Shown: positions 9,901 through 19,675 of the stretch, one piece after another | Position numbering within the stretch: the stretch's first letter is position 1 | Layout of the letters: every line of letters starts with the position of its first letter | Virus record (IMG/VR): IMGVR_UViG_3300042564_003823 | Location: 1 to 64,000 of that record | Direction: 5' to 3' (one strand) | DNA: 64,000 nt | From: a virus | Translations under genes and position numbers: made by a program | The notes under the pieces: model-generated | The model's database searches: none | The model's input: the letters and a program-made list of their open reading frames with translations, nothing else | Told to the model about the DNA's origin: nothing

Positions 9901-12142
9901 TGGCTAAATTTAACCTGTGTGAGTAGGTGATATCCTTTTGAAGTATGATTTGTCCTGATCCCCAAAAACATCTATTTATTGGTGTACCTTGTGTTAACAA
10001 ATTTGGGTATCCAGCGATCGCATATTTAATTCCATAACCATTTAATGTATATTTTTGTGATTCGGCGTTTGGTCCTCCAGCGTAAGTATCCGTTCTCATT
10101 TCACAAAAAGCATCACTATTATTACAATCATCATCAGCACAATTAGATTCGTTTGGAGTATTACCCCAAAAGGTATTAGAATTAACGTCACATAAAAATG
10201 ATGAATTTTTTCTTGTGTAAATTTGACTTTCCCTAACAGTAATAACTGATAGAGTACCGCTTGTTCCGTCACCAACAATCTGTTCCAAGTTCAATGATTG
10301 TGGTTCACACGAACAGGCCTCACAATCGGGATATGTCATAGACGGTAAACTAATACCGTTAAGACTTGATGTGTTAACAATTAATGGACTAACCTTTATG
10401 ATAAAAAATGCGGTGGCTAAACCAAAAATAATGGCCGTGACTGCAGATAAAATCATTAAACCAATGGCTGGAAAAGCACCAATAGCCGCACCAACAAAAA
10501 ATACAGTTAAATAACCTAATAGAATTGGTATACCAATAGCTAACGCCCATTTTGCAATAGGCCAAAACTTTGCAATTAAATGCATCAAAGGTATTAAAAC
10601 AAAAGCGAATGGAGAAAAAATGGTTATAACTAAATTAAATAAGAAAAATATTAAATCAAAATTCCTTACACCATCATTAACCGGCATTCTATTTGTTGTT
10701 GTTGAGCACTCCCTATTTGTAATTTCTTTTATACCTAAATGTCTTGATCTGTTGTATCCCCACTTCCACCTATCGATAAAACTTGAAACGGTGTAAACTC
10801 TATTATAATTAAATTCAAAAAACTTGTCTTCACAATTTATTGCATCTGCAATCATTTTTTGACCTATGGTTGTTCCTGTATCTCCGTAATCTGTCCAATC
10901 TAAACTAAATGCGTATGATTGTCTTTGTAATGTATCATCTGTAGGTCCGTTCGCATCAATATCTGAATCCCAACCATATTCCCTTATATTTGGCACCAAA
11001 TAATCCGCTCTTTGTGTTGATGCGGCAAATCCTTCGTTTTGATATTGAATTTTAAATCTATATTTCGCCTTAGTTGGTATACCTACTTTAGGGTCGTTTG
11101 AAATTATTTGTTCTCCAAATTCGTTTGTTGTGACGTAATCCAAATTCATTGGCATTTCAATTAACCATGTCCCGTCACTATCTATTAAGTTTCCACCTTC
11201 AGGTAGTTTATGCTGTTCTAATATTGGGTATCCTCCCGCGTCGGTATATATTGTTTGTCTGATAGCTAAAATGGTACCAGGTGCCGTAACCAAATCACAA
11301 AGATTTCCTGTATCAAATTTTGGTTTACAATTAGTTTGTAACGCATCTTCATCTGTTGTTGAAAACATTGATCCCATGAATATTGCTTGAGGTTCAATTT
11401 GAATTCCTAAATCCCTCAAATCAAAATCCACTCTTGTGATACCAATATTACATAACTCATCATCACCCCAAAACGAAGTTACTTCAACTTCTTTCTTTTC
11501 ATTAACTATTTGTGGTAAAGAATCTAAATCAGGTGATGATTTAAAAGATGACCCCTCAAATTGTCCTTCACTACCCATACCCATTCTTATAAGATCGGCA
11601 GGTCTTAAAGAAAAACAACCAATATTTGATACGTCCATATCCATCACAACTATTTGTTGTCCTAATGGAACTCCGACAATCATAAAGTCACCACTATCGT
11701 TAGTTCTAACTGTGTATTTATAATATTTTTCATAAACCTCTAATACTGTACTGTTACTTACAACATCCTCTCTATCAGGAAAAGTCCCTGTTGGGTTGTG
11801 TCCTCCATATTCTTTAACATACGGTAAAAGGTTATATCTATAACCATCTTCATTTTTGTCAGTTAAAGTTTTATATGGGTATAATGTTGAGATGACGGGA
11901 TCTTCAGAGTCTTCAACTGAAAGTGGTACAAATACCGAAACTGTTACATTTGGTACCCCATACCCGCCATTTGCAATAACTCTTCCAGCAACTACACCAT
12001 AATCGGCACAAAATCTTGTATAAACGTCAGATTGTTTTAATTTTAATGATAATATTTCAATAAAATCAAAATCTTGATCTACTTTAATTCTTATGTTTTT
12101 ATCTATACCTGGTGTTGTTCTTAATCTATAATTTTTAGACAT
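6902..12142 (-). CDS. Large baseplate-associated protein with N-terminal prealbumin/carboxypeptidase-regulatory-like domain and internal transmembrane hairpin
   Basis: GVVAGRVIANGGYGVPNVTVSVF...TNDSGDFMIVGVPLG is a prealbumin-like fold motif. There is a ~95 aa hydrophobic stretch near aa 495-590, followed by CEACSC. Confidence 0.55.
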   Translation of the reverse strand: MSKNYRLRTTPGIDKNIRIKVDQDFDFIEILSLKLKQSDVYTRFCADYGVVAGRVIANGGYGVPNVTVSVFVPLSVEDSEDPVISTLYPYKTLTDKNEDGYRYNLLPYVKEYGGHNPTGTFPDREDVVSNSTVLEVYEKYYKYTVRTNDSGDFMIVGVPLGQQIVVMDMDVSNIGCFSLRPADLIRMGMGSEGQFEGSSFKSSPDLDSLPQIVNEKKEVEVTSFWGDDELCNIGITRVDFDLRDLGIQIEPQAIFMGSMFSTTDEDALQTNCKPKFDTGNLCDLVTAPGTILAIRQTIYTDAGGYPILEQHKLPEGGNLIDSDGTWLIEMPMNLDYVTTNEFGEQIISNDPKVGIPTKAKYRFKIQYQNEGFAASTQRADYLVPNIREYGWDSDIDANGPTDDTLQRQSYAFSLDWTDYGDTGTTIGQKMIADAINCEDKFFEFNYNRVYTVSSFIDRWKWGYNRSRHLGIKEITNRECSTTTNRMPVNDGVRNFDLIFFLFNLVITIFSPFAFVLIPLMHLIAKFWPIAKWALAIGIPILLGYLTVFFVGAAIGAFPAIGLMILSAVTAIIFGLATAFFIIKVSPLIVNTSSLNGISLPSMTYPDCEACSCEPQSLNLEQIVGDGTSGTLSVITVRESQIYTRKNSSFLCDVNSNTFWGNTPNESNCADDDCNNSDAFCEMRTDTYAGGPNAESQKYTLNGYGIKYAIAGYPNLLTQGTPINRCFWGSGQIILQKDITYSHRLNLANIRQRYFDNPSYFSNVITTTVDNDGYPSDPFTDNVIVLLCDSNTVDNLPAGSLISFNNPDNVNDKNINGFNVSGVTENQFGSNSITGTSLLTTTIVQNYIKPDATSGTANLTITGSTTEREYKYKGGMEYFQVITGMTIQQSETFTTTTNQNYMRFFFLNARQRISYRKSCGTEPAVESFINPLQVNGNEYKNLNVIFLVRGVDPFTEKQVIKYDISKLFGRSPNTHVVRGNYHLNIPIQENSGNLSADWWINKKTPESHEVGYQFSKLYHKPFNFRPDPILYSAFTTNTIQYYSSLDRKSTLYGGYSVSNTDTYDCNDNLPYNLSSAGLTPIFLRGLNNNAPYNMWYDTGLSDVPSVGNPNNSYLLRYMTSSNTEAITRQGNVEGGSFMFTDIPNNQLHKRLDLGNEGTVETFMNGNCAGSNTDWNNIKHFRGPRLFAPSYQQTSPNLSVNIAFDQTVNNAKMIIRSDRLPTSDNVQTNYNNRYALYQNDNFTIYRILDNGEVTQLGGNQTDYTGNSDDYSEDAISGTTSVLATFSCEGMVPLPCYSGSGDNFGVKSPCPENENPTRITKGCYKLIQEPYLTEGAILRDYNNFFEWKSRFRLLFGACRGVISQVFQNNWVNGTLYSYAFKKKTIFDAQNNPKKYVFCGSKDFDLVPGRQNQGPIYLDDQTNTFYYRSTPYVLQQNGTNVNGYFIGQRPQLYGTNIKNIYGKGSNERNLHFPTTMMDLGPRDQFAKEICLNPQLENYLVETVQSTSFNDTSDLLLLFIVSRLVNTGFWELALSRGDASINQLFSRSDDRIDGDVAQMFSINSEYGIIPFNEQFYGNDDIVLGTPNEIFYGVLFSAITQNRVALTPGFATFGNVQQLVGYPKTQVVPMYNWEIRNDQGQATINTSTIFGTEKNDWLTDFPNIGTLPPMYSAPYQNMSFTGADYFKATNGPSTGYIFNYNNLGERDYVWTNPSNQNKANFVVGAPYHFYFGLGKGKTALNRFITKYIIGTE

Positions 12143-12214
12143 AATGCTCTTTGTTGATAAATAGTTATGTTAGTTATTTTAAAAATAACAAGAGTATTAC
12201 CAAAATAAATAATC

Positions 12215-14053
12215 TTATGAGAAGTCTACGGTTGAAAGGTTTTTTACTCTAACCTTAATATCCTTTCTTGGGAATCTAATTTGATAGATTTGGTCAGGTT
12301 CAGCAAATATAGTATCATCAACTAATTCAATTTGTTTTGTTGTTGTATCAACATATCTTTGTGATGTTTCTGAAGAAGAATATTGACCCCCAACTTTGTT
12401 ATAAATTCTGATTTCTGCTAACGTATTTACTCCTCCAATATCTTGGACTAATCTTCTTAAATCAGACACATTTAGATTTTGACCAAGTTCTCTATTTACT
12501 GGGTTCATATAATTACTAACTTGATTAATTAATTGTGTTATCACCTCAGATTGGGATCCGGGATTATCTAAAACAACAAGAAATTCAAGTTCAAGATCTA
12601 TAACTTTTGCAACCTCTATTGATATATAATCGTTTATCATCCTGTATTTTGACAGGTAGGTTGCTAAATTTGTTTTTAGGTTATTTGATACCGTTTGCGT
12701 TAAAACTCCAGTATTATCATACGATAATATTTTAACAGATATTTTATTATCAATTTCTGTTATCGAAACTTTTGCTGGTGCTCCGTATTTACCAGGCATA
12801 GTATCTATCAAGGATTTATAATCATTAATTGTCACCGCTCTTCTTTGTGATGCAAAATTAAACGTAACCATGTTTCTAACTTCTTCAATTGATGGTTGGT
12901 TTGCTCCACCAATCGCAGCGGTTACATTATTAACCGTTAATGATTGTGTCACACTTCTATTTATACTATCAGATGGACCGTTCACATATAAATCCGATGT
13001 TAATACTTGGTTAATTGCCGCGACTCCTATGTTAGAAACAACACCACCACCTACTCTATATTGAACAAATAGTGTCGTATTTGGTTTTACGGTCAAACCT
13101 AAACCAATATTATTTTGGTAATTTTGTAATTTCAATGGGATTCCAGTTCTAGTGAACTGCTGTAGTTGTTCATTCGGTGTTGTTGTACCAGCACCAAATT
13201 GAATTTTTAAGAACCCTTCTGGTGTATATTCTGTAATAAACCTATTATCTGTTTTTATATATTTACCGACCTTTACCCCCGTAGAATCCACAGGTTTTGT
13301 TGTGTCTTCAATAAATACGGTGTCTTCAACTAAGGCATCAACTTCATACCATCTACCTTCTGCTGAATTAAATTCAGAATATGTTGGCGTGTTTTGATAA
13401 GAGGTACCATCTTTTTGTATGATTGATGTTACCCCTAATACATTTTTTTCAGGTAAGAAAAAATTATAGAATGGTACAACATTGTTTTGATTTATAACTA
13501 TTTTGAATATTTTAGTTGATCCGTTAACTAAAACCTCCCTTTTTGTGATTACATAATTTACTATGTTATTGTTTTGATCAAAAGTAGGTACTTTAGTCCT
13601 GTTTACAAACCCCTCAATGTTAAAGTCAGAAGAAAAATCAATGTCATAAAGATTTTCAAAAATAGTACCAGCACCTCCAAATTGAGATCCAGCCCTCAAA
13701 ACACCAAGATAAGATGTATTTTCAGAGTCTCCCGCGGCAGGAACAGTTATAGAAATATCAGCAATAGTCACTGAAGGTCTTAAACCTGGTATTTTTAAAC
13801 CATAAGTTCTTGCAATATTAAAAACAGATGATCTTTGTTGTGCATATTGTAAAACAGTTTCTTGTATACTTCTATCTATATGAAAATGTAGGTTGTCAGT
13901 AACCGCAGCATTTAAATCCATTAATACTGAGAATACCGAAGCATCGTTAAAGTTTTGGATTAGTTCAGGGTAATACTGTTGTGTATAATTAATTAACTCT
14001 TGTCTTATACCTTCAAAGTCTCTCTCTGTATATGATATTTTTTTATTAGCCAT
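12215..14053 (-). CDS. Baseplate wedge protein (T4 gp6 / baseplate J-like)
   Basis: ISYTERDFEGIRQEL...FND..., AQQRSSVFNIARTYG, YRVGGG...N, GGANQPSIEEVR, QRRAVTINDY are typical gp6/J motifs. Confidence 0.88.
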   Translation of the reverse strand: MANKKISYTERDFEGIRQELINYTQQYYPELIQNFNDASVFSVLMDLNAAVTDNLHFHIDRSIQETVLQYAQQRSSVFNIARTYGLKIPGLRPSVTIADISITVPAAGDSENTSYLGVLRAGSQFGGAGTIFENLYDIDFSSDFNIEGFVNRTKVPTFDQNNNIVNYVITKREVLVNGSTKIFKIVINQNNVVPFYNFFLPEKNVLGVTSIIQKDGTSYQNTPTYSEFNSAEGRWYEVDALVEDTVFIEDTTKPVDSTGVKVGKYIKTDNRFITEYTPEGFLKIQFGAGTTTPNEQLQQFTRTGIPLKLQNYQNNIGLGLTVKPNTTLFVQYRVGGGVVSNIGVAAINQVLTSDLYVNGPSDSINRSVTQSLTVNNVTAAIGGANQPSIEEVRNMVTFNFASQRRAVTINDYKSLIDTMPGKYGAPAKVSITEIDNKISVKILSYDNTGVLTQTVSNNLKTNLATYLSKYRMINDYISIEVAKVIDLELEFLVVLDNPGSQSEVITQLINQVSNYMNPVNRELGQNLNVSDLRRLVQDIGGVNTLAEIRIYNKVGGQYSSSETSQRYVDTTTKQIELVDDTIFAEPDQIYQIRFPRKDIKVRVKNLSTVDFS

Positions 14054-14058
14054 ATATA

Positions 14059-14520
14059 TTAAATATTTATAATTACAAATTCTCTAGATCCAAAAGCACT
14101 TGAGTTGTCAATATATTCTATTTTAACCTTTGCTGTATATTCTTCAGTGTTTGCTCCAGGTACTCGGTATATCGGAATGTCAAATTGTTCTGAGGAAAGT
14201 TCCCCTAAAGATGGTTCTGAATCTATATATGGTTCTATTGATATGTTTTGTATTGTTAAATTTGGTATATACTTATTAACTGAATCTTCTATTTCTCCTC
14301 TGATACTATCAAACGTTTCACCATCAAGTGGTTCAAATATAAAATCATATAATCTAGTACCAAAATCCGGTAAAAAATATCTACTACCTTTTCTTGTTAA
14401 TAATAGATGAATTAAATTACTTCTTATTTCTTCATCTGTTTCTTCTGAAAGCGCTAAGAACTTACCCTCAATACTTTGTCTAAAAGGAAATATTATACCA
14501 TATGTTACCCCATCTGCCAT
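14059..14520 (-). CDS. Baseplate wedge gp25-like (sheath initiator)
   Basis: IRSNLIHLLLTRKGSRYFLPDFGTRLYDFIFEP is the GPW/gp25 signature. Confidence 0.9.
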   Translation of the reverse strand: MADGVTYGIIFPFRQSIEGKFLALSEETDEEIRSNLIHLLLTRKGSRYFLPDFGTRLYDFIFEPLDGETFDSIRGEIEDSVNKYIPNLTIQNISIEPYIDSEPSLGELSSEQFDIPIYRVPGANTEEYTAKVKIEYIDNSSAFGSREFVIINI

Positions 14521-14555
14521 ATCTAATAAATATAACCTGGTATAATTTTATATAA

Positions 14556-14588
14556 ATAAAAAAAATCACTGATTACTCAGTGATTTTT
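14556..14588 (-). terminator. Rho-independent terminator ending the replication operon
   Basis: Perfect stem AAAAATCACTGA/TCAGTGATTTTT with a GTAA loop on the minus strand, followed by a U-run; overlaps the stop codon of 14566..14799. Confidence 0.75.
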
Positions 14589-14799
14589 CTTTTAGGTTTG
14601 TATTTCCTCTTTCGTGTCTTGGTTCGTATGGACAATGTAAACATCCATTACCACAACATTTACCACGTTTCATATGATAATTTTCTGTCATGACCATTCT
14701 ACCTTGACTATCATAATAAAATTCAGTTGGTTGAAGTTTTGGTCCAAACTCTCTAACGTATTGTTGTTGTATCCAATCTTTTGATGCTCCTACATTCAT
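14566..14799 (-). CDS. Small Cys-rich protein (DUF5522-like)
   Basis: FYYDSQGRMVMTENYHMKRGKCCGNGCLHCPY matches the RGxCCGxGCxHCPY pattern. Confidence 0.75.
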   Translation of the reverse strand: MNVGASKDWIQQQYVREFGPKLQPTEFYYDSQGRMVMTENYHMKRGKCCGNGCLHCPYEPRHERGNTNLKEKSLSNQ

Positions 14800-14800
14800 T

Positions 14801-14881
14801 TTAGTTAGTTTTTCTTTGATTATAAAACGCCAACAATACTTGGTATGTTAGCGTTATATCATTTCCCCATTGTACTTTCAT
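14801..14881 (-). CDS. 26-aa micro-ORF MKVQWGNDITLTYQVLLAFYNQRKTN (not in track)
   Basis: Fills the gap almost exactly: ATG 3 nt after the RNR stop, TAA 1 nt before the next ATG. Confidence 0.5.
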   Translation of the reverse strand: MKVQWGNDITLTYQVLLAFYNQRKTN

Positions 14882-14884
14882 GAC

Positions 14885-16753
14885 TTATACAATTTCACAT
14901 GCTCCACCGGCACACGCAGCTTCTCCTCGTAGGTCAGTGTTATCTTGTAACTCAATAACTTTTGTAAGATCAACATCTGTTAATGATTTAACTAATCTTT
15001 CAAAGTCTTCTTTTGTACAATCTTCAAAAGGTGCTTGTGTGTAAGTTCCTCCGTTGTATGGTAATACTGAAAGTCCGTTATAAAAGTCTCTATTATTCCA
15101 CATCCAATCACCAACTAATTCCCACTCATCTTCTTTAATTGAAACTGTTGCCGATACGTTGTGAGTATTTTGTCCGTTTCTATGACCAGGTTTAATCCAT
15201 TCTTGAGATACTTTTTTAACTCTTTCTAACATCTGAAATACTGACTCATGTCTAACAATTGAACCTTCAGGTGCTCTTTGTGGAATAGTAATTACCGCAG
15301 TATCGTGTGGTCTAAAGTATTCATCTTCAATCAACTCAGGGTGATTAATTGCAAGGTATGAATAAATTGATTCGTTTTTTCCAACACGGATTCTTCTTAG
15401 GTAATAATCATTATGCCAAGCGTGAATACCTGATGATGTACCTAACACTAAAGATGATGTTCCTGATGGTTTAACCGTTGTTGTTCTTGCAGATTTGTTA
15501 ATTCCTATAAGTGTTGCAACTCTTTCGTTTTCTTCTTTAACCGATTTAGATGCCTTTTTCATATCATAACCCAATACAACGCCTGAACCAATACCTGTCA
15601 TACCAACACCAATAAGAGCATCTTTTTCAGTTGTTCTTTTCCAAATGTCTCTTAGGTAATGAAAGTCTGTGTATCCCGCCTGTAATGTACCAATAAATGC
15701 CGCTGCTCTAACTCTTTTTTCAAAATCTTCTTGTGATTCGATATCTGAAGCATTTACCTCACATAAGTTACAGAATTGGAATGGTCTTAGTGCGATTTCA
15801 CAACATGGATTAGTTCCCCAATCTTTATCATTTGATAAGTAGATTCCAGGTTCACCTGCTCCTGATAACTCAATACGTTTCCAAAGACCCATAAAGAATT
15901 CTTTTGTTATTTTGTGACGAAGAAGTACTGCCGAGTTATTTGCTCTACCTCTTTGCGCATTTTGTTCCCACCAACTTCCTGACTTACAAGATATCATTTC
16001 TTCATCATCCGCTGAGAATAATGAGATAAGTGCTGCTCTTCTTATACCACCAGCCAATACCGCATCTGCAATATGACAAACAATGTCGTGAGTTTCAATT
16101 GGTGATAATCTTTCCCCATCTTTTTTGTTATCCAACACTTTTGTTATGTGGTGGATACAATCTTTTAGTGGTTGAGGTCCTGGAGCCTTTCCACCTGATG
16201 TTACAAGGTTCGCCCCTTTTTGTCTAATATCTGAAAAATCAAATACAGGTGTTGACGATTTGTAACCTAAATACGATTCCATCAATACTTTAATGGCGTC
16301 TGCCCATCCTTCAATAGAGTCACCAATTAAGTAACGTCTTGTTCTTTCAGGGTTTGGTTTTTTTATTTCTGGTAGTTTTTCAACATGGTGTTTTTGAACT
16401 GAGTATCCAACTCCTGTTCCACCTAAAAGTAAAAACATTGTTTCAGAAAATGCATCCACATGGTCAATTGGCATATATGCACAATTGTAGACTCTGTTTG
16501 GTGAAATCTCAATTGGTTTGCCACCGAATTGTAATGATCTCATTGATGGTAATACTTTCTTGTTGTATACCATTTTATATACCTCCTCTATCTCATCTTT
16601 GATGTGAGGGTACTTACGTTGGTGCATCTCTTTGTTACGTGTTACCAACTCTTCCCAAGTCTCTCTCCTGTTCAATTCAGGTTGAAACTTAGCGTATTTC
16701 ATAAAGACAGTAATGTCACTTAATATTTTTTGCGAAATATCCATTTTATTCAA
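14885..16753 (-). CDS. nrdJ: Class II (adenosylcobalamin-dependent) ribonucleotide reductase, monomeric RTPR type
   Basis: LPSMRSL, YNCAY, GGTGVG, RRAALI, TNPCCEI (NxCxE), CNLCEVN, TTVKPSGT and a C-terminal CAGGAC redox pair; no beta-subunit gene adjacent. Confidence 0.9.
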   Translation of the reverse strand: MNKMDISQKILSDITVFMKYAKFQPELNRRETWEELVTRNKEMHQRKYPHIKDEIEEVYKMVYNKKVLPSMRSLQFGGKPIEISPNRVYNCAYMPIDHVDAFSETMFLLLGGTGVGYSVQKHHVEKLPEIKKPNPERTRRYLIGDSIEGWADAIKVLMESYLGYKSSTPVFDFSDIRQKGANLVTSGGKAPGPQPLKDCIHHITKVLDNKKDGERLSPIETHDIVCHIADAVLAGGIRRAALISLFSADDEEMISCKSGSWWEQNAQRGRANNSAVLLRHKITKEFFMGLWKRIELSGAGEPGIYLSNDKDWGTNPCCEIALRPFQFCNLCEVNASDIESQEDFEKRVRAAAFIGTLQAGYTDFHYLRDIWKRTTEKDALIGVGMTGIGSGVVLGYDMKKASKSVKEENERVATLIGINKSARTTTVKPSGTSSLVLGTSSGIHAWHNDYYLRRIRVGKNESIYSYLAINHPELIEDEYFRPHDTAVITIPQRAPEGSIVRHESVFQMLERVKKVSQEWIKPGHRNGQNTHNVSATVSIKEDEWELVGDWMWNNRDFYNGLSVLPYNGGTYTQAPFEDCTKEDFERLVKSLTDVDLTKVIELQDNTDLRGEAACAGGACEIV

Positions 16754-16768
16754 ATTTAATAATTTATT

Positions 16769-18151
16769 TTAAGATTCTTGTTGTTCTTTTTGTTTTTTTC
16801 TTTCTAACAACTCCTTAATTCTGTTCCTATTCTTTTCTTCTTTTTGTTCCTCGTGGCCAAGGAATGTTACACTTTGTTCTGTATCTATCTCTAACATACC
16901 ATTGTCAAACTTACAGTTCTCAAATATAATCCCATCTTTACCGATCCTTGATTTTGTGATTGCGATTGTTGCCAAGTTCATTTCTTTTTGTTGTAATGAT
17001 TTTGCGACCGTGATAATAACGTGTCCAACTTGTGCCTTTTTAATAGAACCACCCATTTGATCTGTTGTTACAACCTCTGATGATATTGAATTTCTGTTAC
17101 CTTGTGTTGCGGTCCATCCTGCAATATCCAACTCGTGACACATTGCCTCAAATCCTCGCATTACCGATCCTTCACTTTTCCATTCATCACCTAACATTTT
17201 GTCAGGAACCACACAATCAATATAATCTAAAATAATCATATCAATCTTTATCCCTTCGGCAATCATTTTTCTAACCTGATTTTTAATCTGATTCATAGTT
17301 ACGGTATCAGATGCCAATTTTTTCATAATCAACTTATTTTTTCTTGTTGACTGAATTTCTTTGACTCTTTCAGTAACTTCTTTTCTATTTTCAGAAAGAT
17401 CGTCGGGATGTATCCCTGTCCAAAGTGTAAAGTGTTTTCTTTGGATAATTTTTGGGTTGTCTTCAAAGAATATCTGAAGAACATTATACCCTAAGTTAAA
17501 TGCGTGGTTAGCAATCTTTGTTGTGAACGTGGATTTACCAACACCGGTTGGTGCCAAAATAACACCAATTTCACCTTTAGCAAGACCACCTTTTAATAGG
17601 TTGTCAATACCATGTACTCCAATCGGAATTGGGTGTCTGTAGTCGTCATCCAATACCTCATCAATATTAAAAAAGACATCTGTAGTACCCTTATCAACTT
17701 CACCAACTTGAAGTGCTCCCCTTACCATTTCTTCTAACTTATCGTAACTCTCAAAATCACCTTTGTCTATGATTGATTGAGCCTTGGTCATTACTTTTTG
17801 GAGTTCTTGTTGTTTACAGAATTTAAGGGACTTTTCTTGAACAAAGATTGAACCTTCGTCTGAGACGTTCTTAACCTGATCTAATGTGTCTAAAACGCTC
17901 TTTTGAGCCATCGGTGAACTAATTTCTGACTTAGTCAATTGTTCAAGGGTATCAAATGTCGGTGTATGCTCATATTTTGAATAATATTCTTTGATCATTT
18001 GACAAATAATCTTGAAATATTGGTTATCAAAATAATGAGGATCAATAACTTCAATTATGGAATTAGAGAAATCTTTGTAAGTAATTATGTTATTTAGTAA
18101 TTGAATTTGAAAAGTATTTCCTAAGTATCCGAAGTTCTTTTTGTCTGACAT
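16769..18151 (-). CDS. Replicative DnaB/gp41-like helicase
   Basis: Walker A APTGVGKS, ILDYID, WTATQGNR, KSRIG. Confidence 0.9.
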   Translation of the reverse strand: MSDKKNFGYLGNTFQIQLLNNIITYKDFSNSIIEVIDPHYFDNQYFKIICQMIKEYYSKYEHTPTFDTLEQLTKSEISSPMAQKSVLDTLDQVKNVSDEGSIFVQEKSLKFCKQQELQKVMTKAQSIIDKGDFESYDKLEEMVRGALQVGEVDKGTTDVFFNIDEVLDDDYRHPIPIGVHGIDNLLKGGLAKGEIGVILAPTGVGKSTFTTKIANHAFNLGYNVLQIFFEDNPKIIQRKHFTLWTGIHPDDLSENRKEVTERVKEIQSTRKNKLIMKKLASDTVTMNQIKNQVRKMIAEGIKIDMIILDYIDCVVPDKMLGDEWKSEGSVMRGFEAMCHELDIAGWTATQGNRNSISSEVVTTDQMGGSIKKAQVGHVIITVAKSLQQKEMNLATIAITKSRIGKDGIIFENCKFDNGMLEIDTEQSVTFLGHEEQKEEKNRNRIKELLERKKQKEQQES

Positions 18152-18189
18152 ATTGTATAGATTTTTGTTCCTTGTTTTAATAAATATAG

Positions 18190-18642
18190 TTAAGCGAACG
18201 AATAATTAAGGTACTGATAAGATAAATTTTTCTCTGATAAAATGTCAGTTAACTCTCTTAAAATGTTTTTTATGTCTGGGCGTATATCCAGTGTATATCT
18301 TACCTTTGGTGGGTATACTTTTGCATCAATAACTCTATGACAAATTGTCTTGTTTCCAACCTTTAATATTATGTTAAATACTTCAGGTCCATCTGTGTTT
18401 GATGTTTCTAAAATGTTTGGGTCTTCTTCTATTTGGTATCTGTTGTCTAACATATAAACCATACACTTGTTTCTCAATTTTGTTTGTAATGTTTCAGACA
18501 AATACTTAATGTAGTCATACAAATCGACTGAATTTTCAGACTTTTCGTTATAACCTTTTACATTAAAGAATCTTTGAACCACAAAATTGTCGTTAAGTGT
18601 AATTAGAAACTCAACCTTTGTTACATCATACTGTTCTTTCAT
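18190..18642 (-). CDS. Hypothetical protein in replication operon
   Basis: 150 aa ORF between the exonuclease and helicase genes. Confidence 0.6.
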   Translation of the reverse strand: MKEQYDVTKVEFLITLNDNFVVQRFFNVKGYNEKSENSVDLYDYIKYLSETLQTKLRNKCMVYMLDNRYQIEEDPNILETSNTDGPEVFNIILKVGNKTICHRVIDAKVYPPKVRYTLDIRPDIKNILRELTDILSEKNLSYQYLNYSFA

Positions 18643-18646
18643 AATT

Positions 18647-19654
18647 TTACTTTTTTGTTTTAAACTTTGTTTTTTCTTTTCTTGTTAACTTTAAAAATGG
18701 TTTTAAAAAATATACCCACTGATCGTCACCTTTCGGTAGGTATTTAAATAATCCGTCGTCCATCATCATCCGAATTAGATTCTTATAACCTCTTCCGTCA
18801 GGATCCAATGACTCAGAGTAATAAGTATGTACTAATTCTTTTCCTTCTTCACTAATTAGTGGTTCAGATAAATCTACAATCTTTTTATTGATTTCAAAAA
18901 ACTCGTCACCAAAAATACCTTCTTTTGTTTTACCCGTCAGTAAATTTTTAAGAGCGGTATTATCTTTTTGTTCTTTAAGGAGTTCTTCACCTCTCGTTAA
19001 AATATCGGTAAAAGAAACTTCTTTTTCAAGTATCTCAGGAAATAATTTAACAATCGTCTTCTCACCTAAGTAATAGATTCCATCTATATTATCTGATTTG
19101 TCACCAGATATTATCTTGAATGTTTTTACATTGTAGTGTGGTATTTCTATTTCGTATAGTTTGATCTTATCTCCGTTCTTATAATACTTTTTGGTATTAG
19201 GTGAATAGATTGTAACATCTTCAGAGATAAGTTGTGTTAGGTCTCTATCTCCACTGAAAATTGTTTTATCTTCGTCTTTTGAAATTTTGCAATAATATGC
19301 AATGAGATCATCGGCTTCAGAGTATTCAAATTCAACTTGTCTAACAAACATTTCTTCCAAGTATTCTTTTACTCTTTGTTTTTGTTTGTTAAAGGATTGT
19401 TCTTTAAAATCTTCTGTAACACCTTTTCGGTTAAGTTTGTATTTTGGGTAGATTAACCTTCTTTGTGAAGTACTTGTTTCTCCGTCCCAAAATACAACAA
19501 CCTTGTTGAAGTTTTCGTCTTCTATAAACCTACGTAATGTGTTAAGGAAATGCCAAATACCTCCTACGTGATCTGTACCGTTAAAGTAATCTTTAACACC
19601 GTGAAAACCAATTTTTAATAAATTATTCCCGTCTACTAATAGGGTTTTTGTCAT
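18647..19654 (-). CDS. 5'-3' exonuclease / flap endonuclease (T4 RNase H-like)
   Basis: LLVDGNN, VVFWDG, YKLNR, EADDLIA, SGDRDLTQL, GDKSDNIDGI...GEKT. Confidence 0.92.
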   Translation of the reverse strand: MTKTLLVDGNNLLKIGFHGVKDYFNGTDHVGGIWHFLNTLRRFIEDENFNKVVVFWDGETSTSQRRLIYPKYKLNRKGVTEDFKEQSFNKQKQRVKEYLEEMFVRQVEFEYSEADDLIAYYCKISKDEDKTIFSGDRDLTQLISEDVTIYSPNTKKYYKNGDKIKLYEIEIPHYNVKTFKIISGDKSDNIDGIYYLGEKTIVKLFPEILEKEVSFTDILTRGEELLKEQKDNTALKNLLTGKTKEGIFGDEFFEINKKIVDLSEPLISEEGKELVHTYYSESLDPDGRGYKNLIRMMMDDGLFKYLPKGDDQWVYFLKPFLKLTRKEKTKFKTKK

Positions 19655-19675
19655 TTCTGTATTATTACAGGGTTC

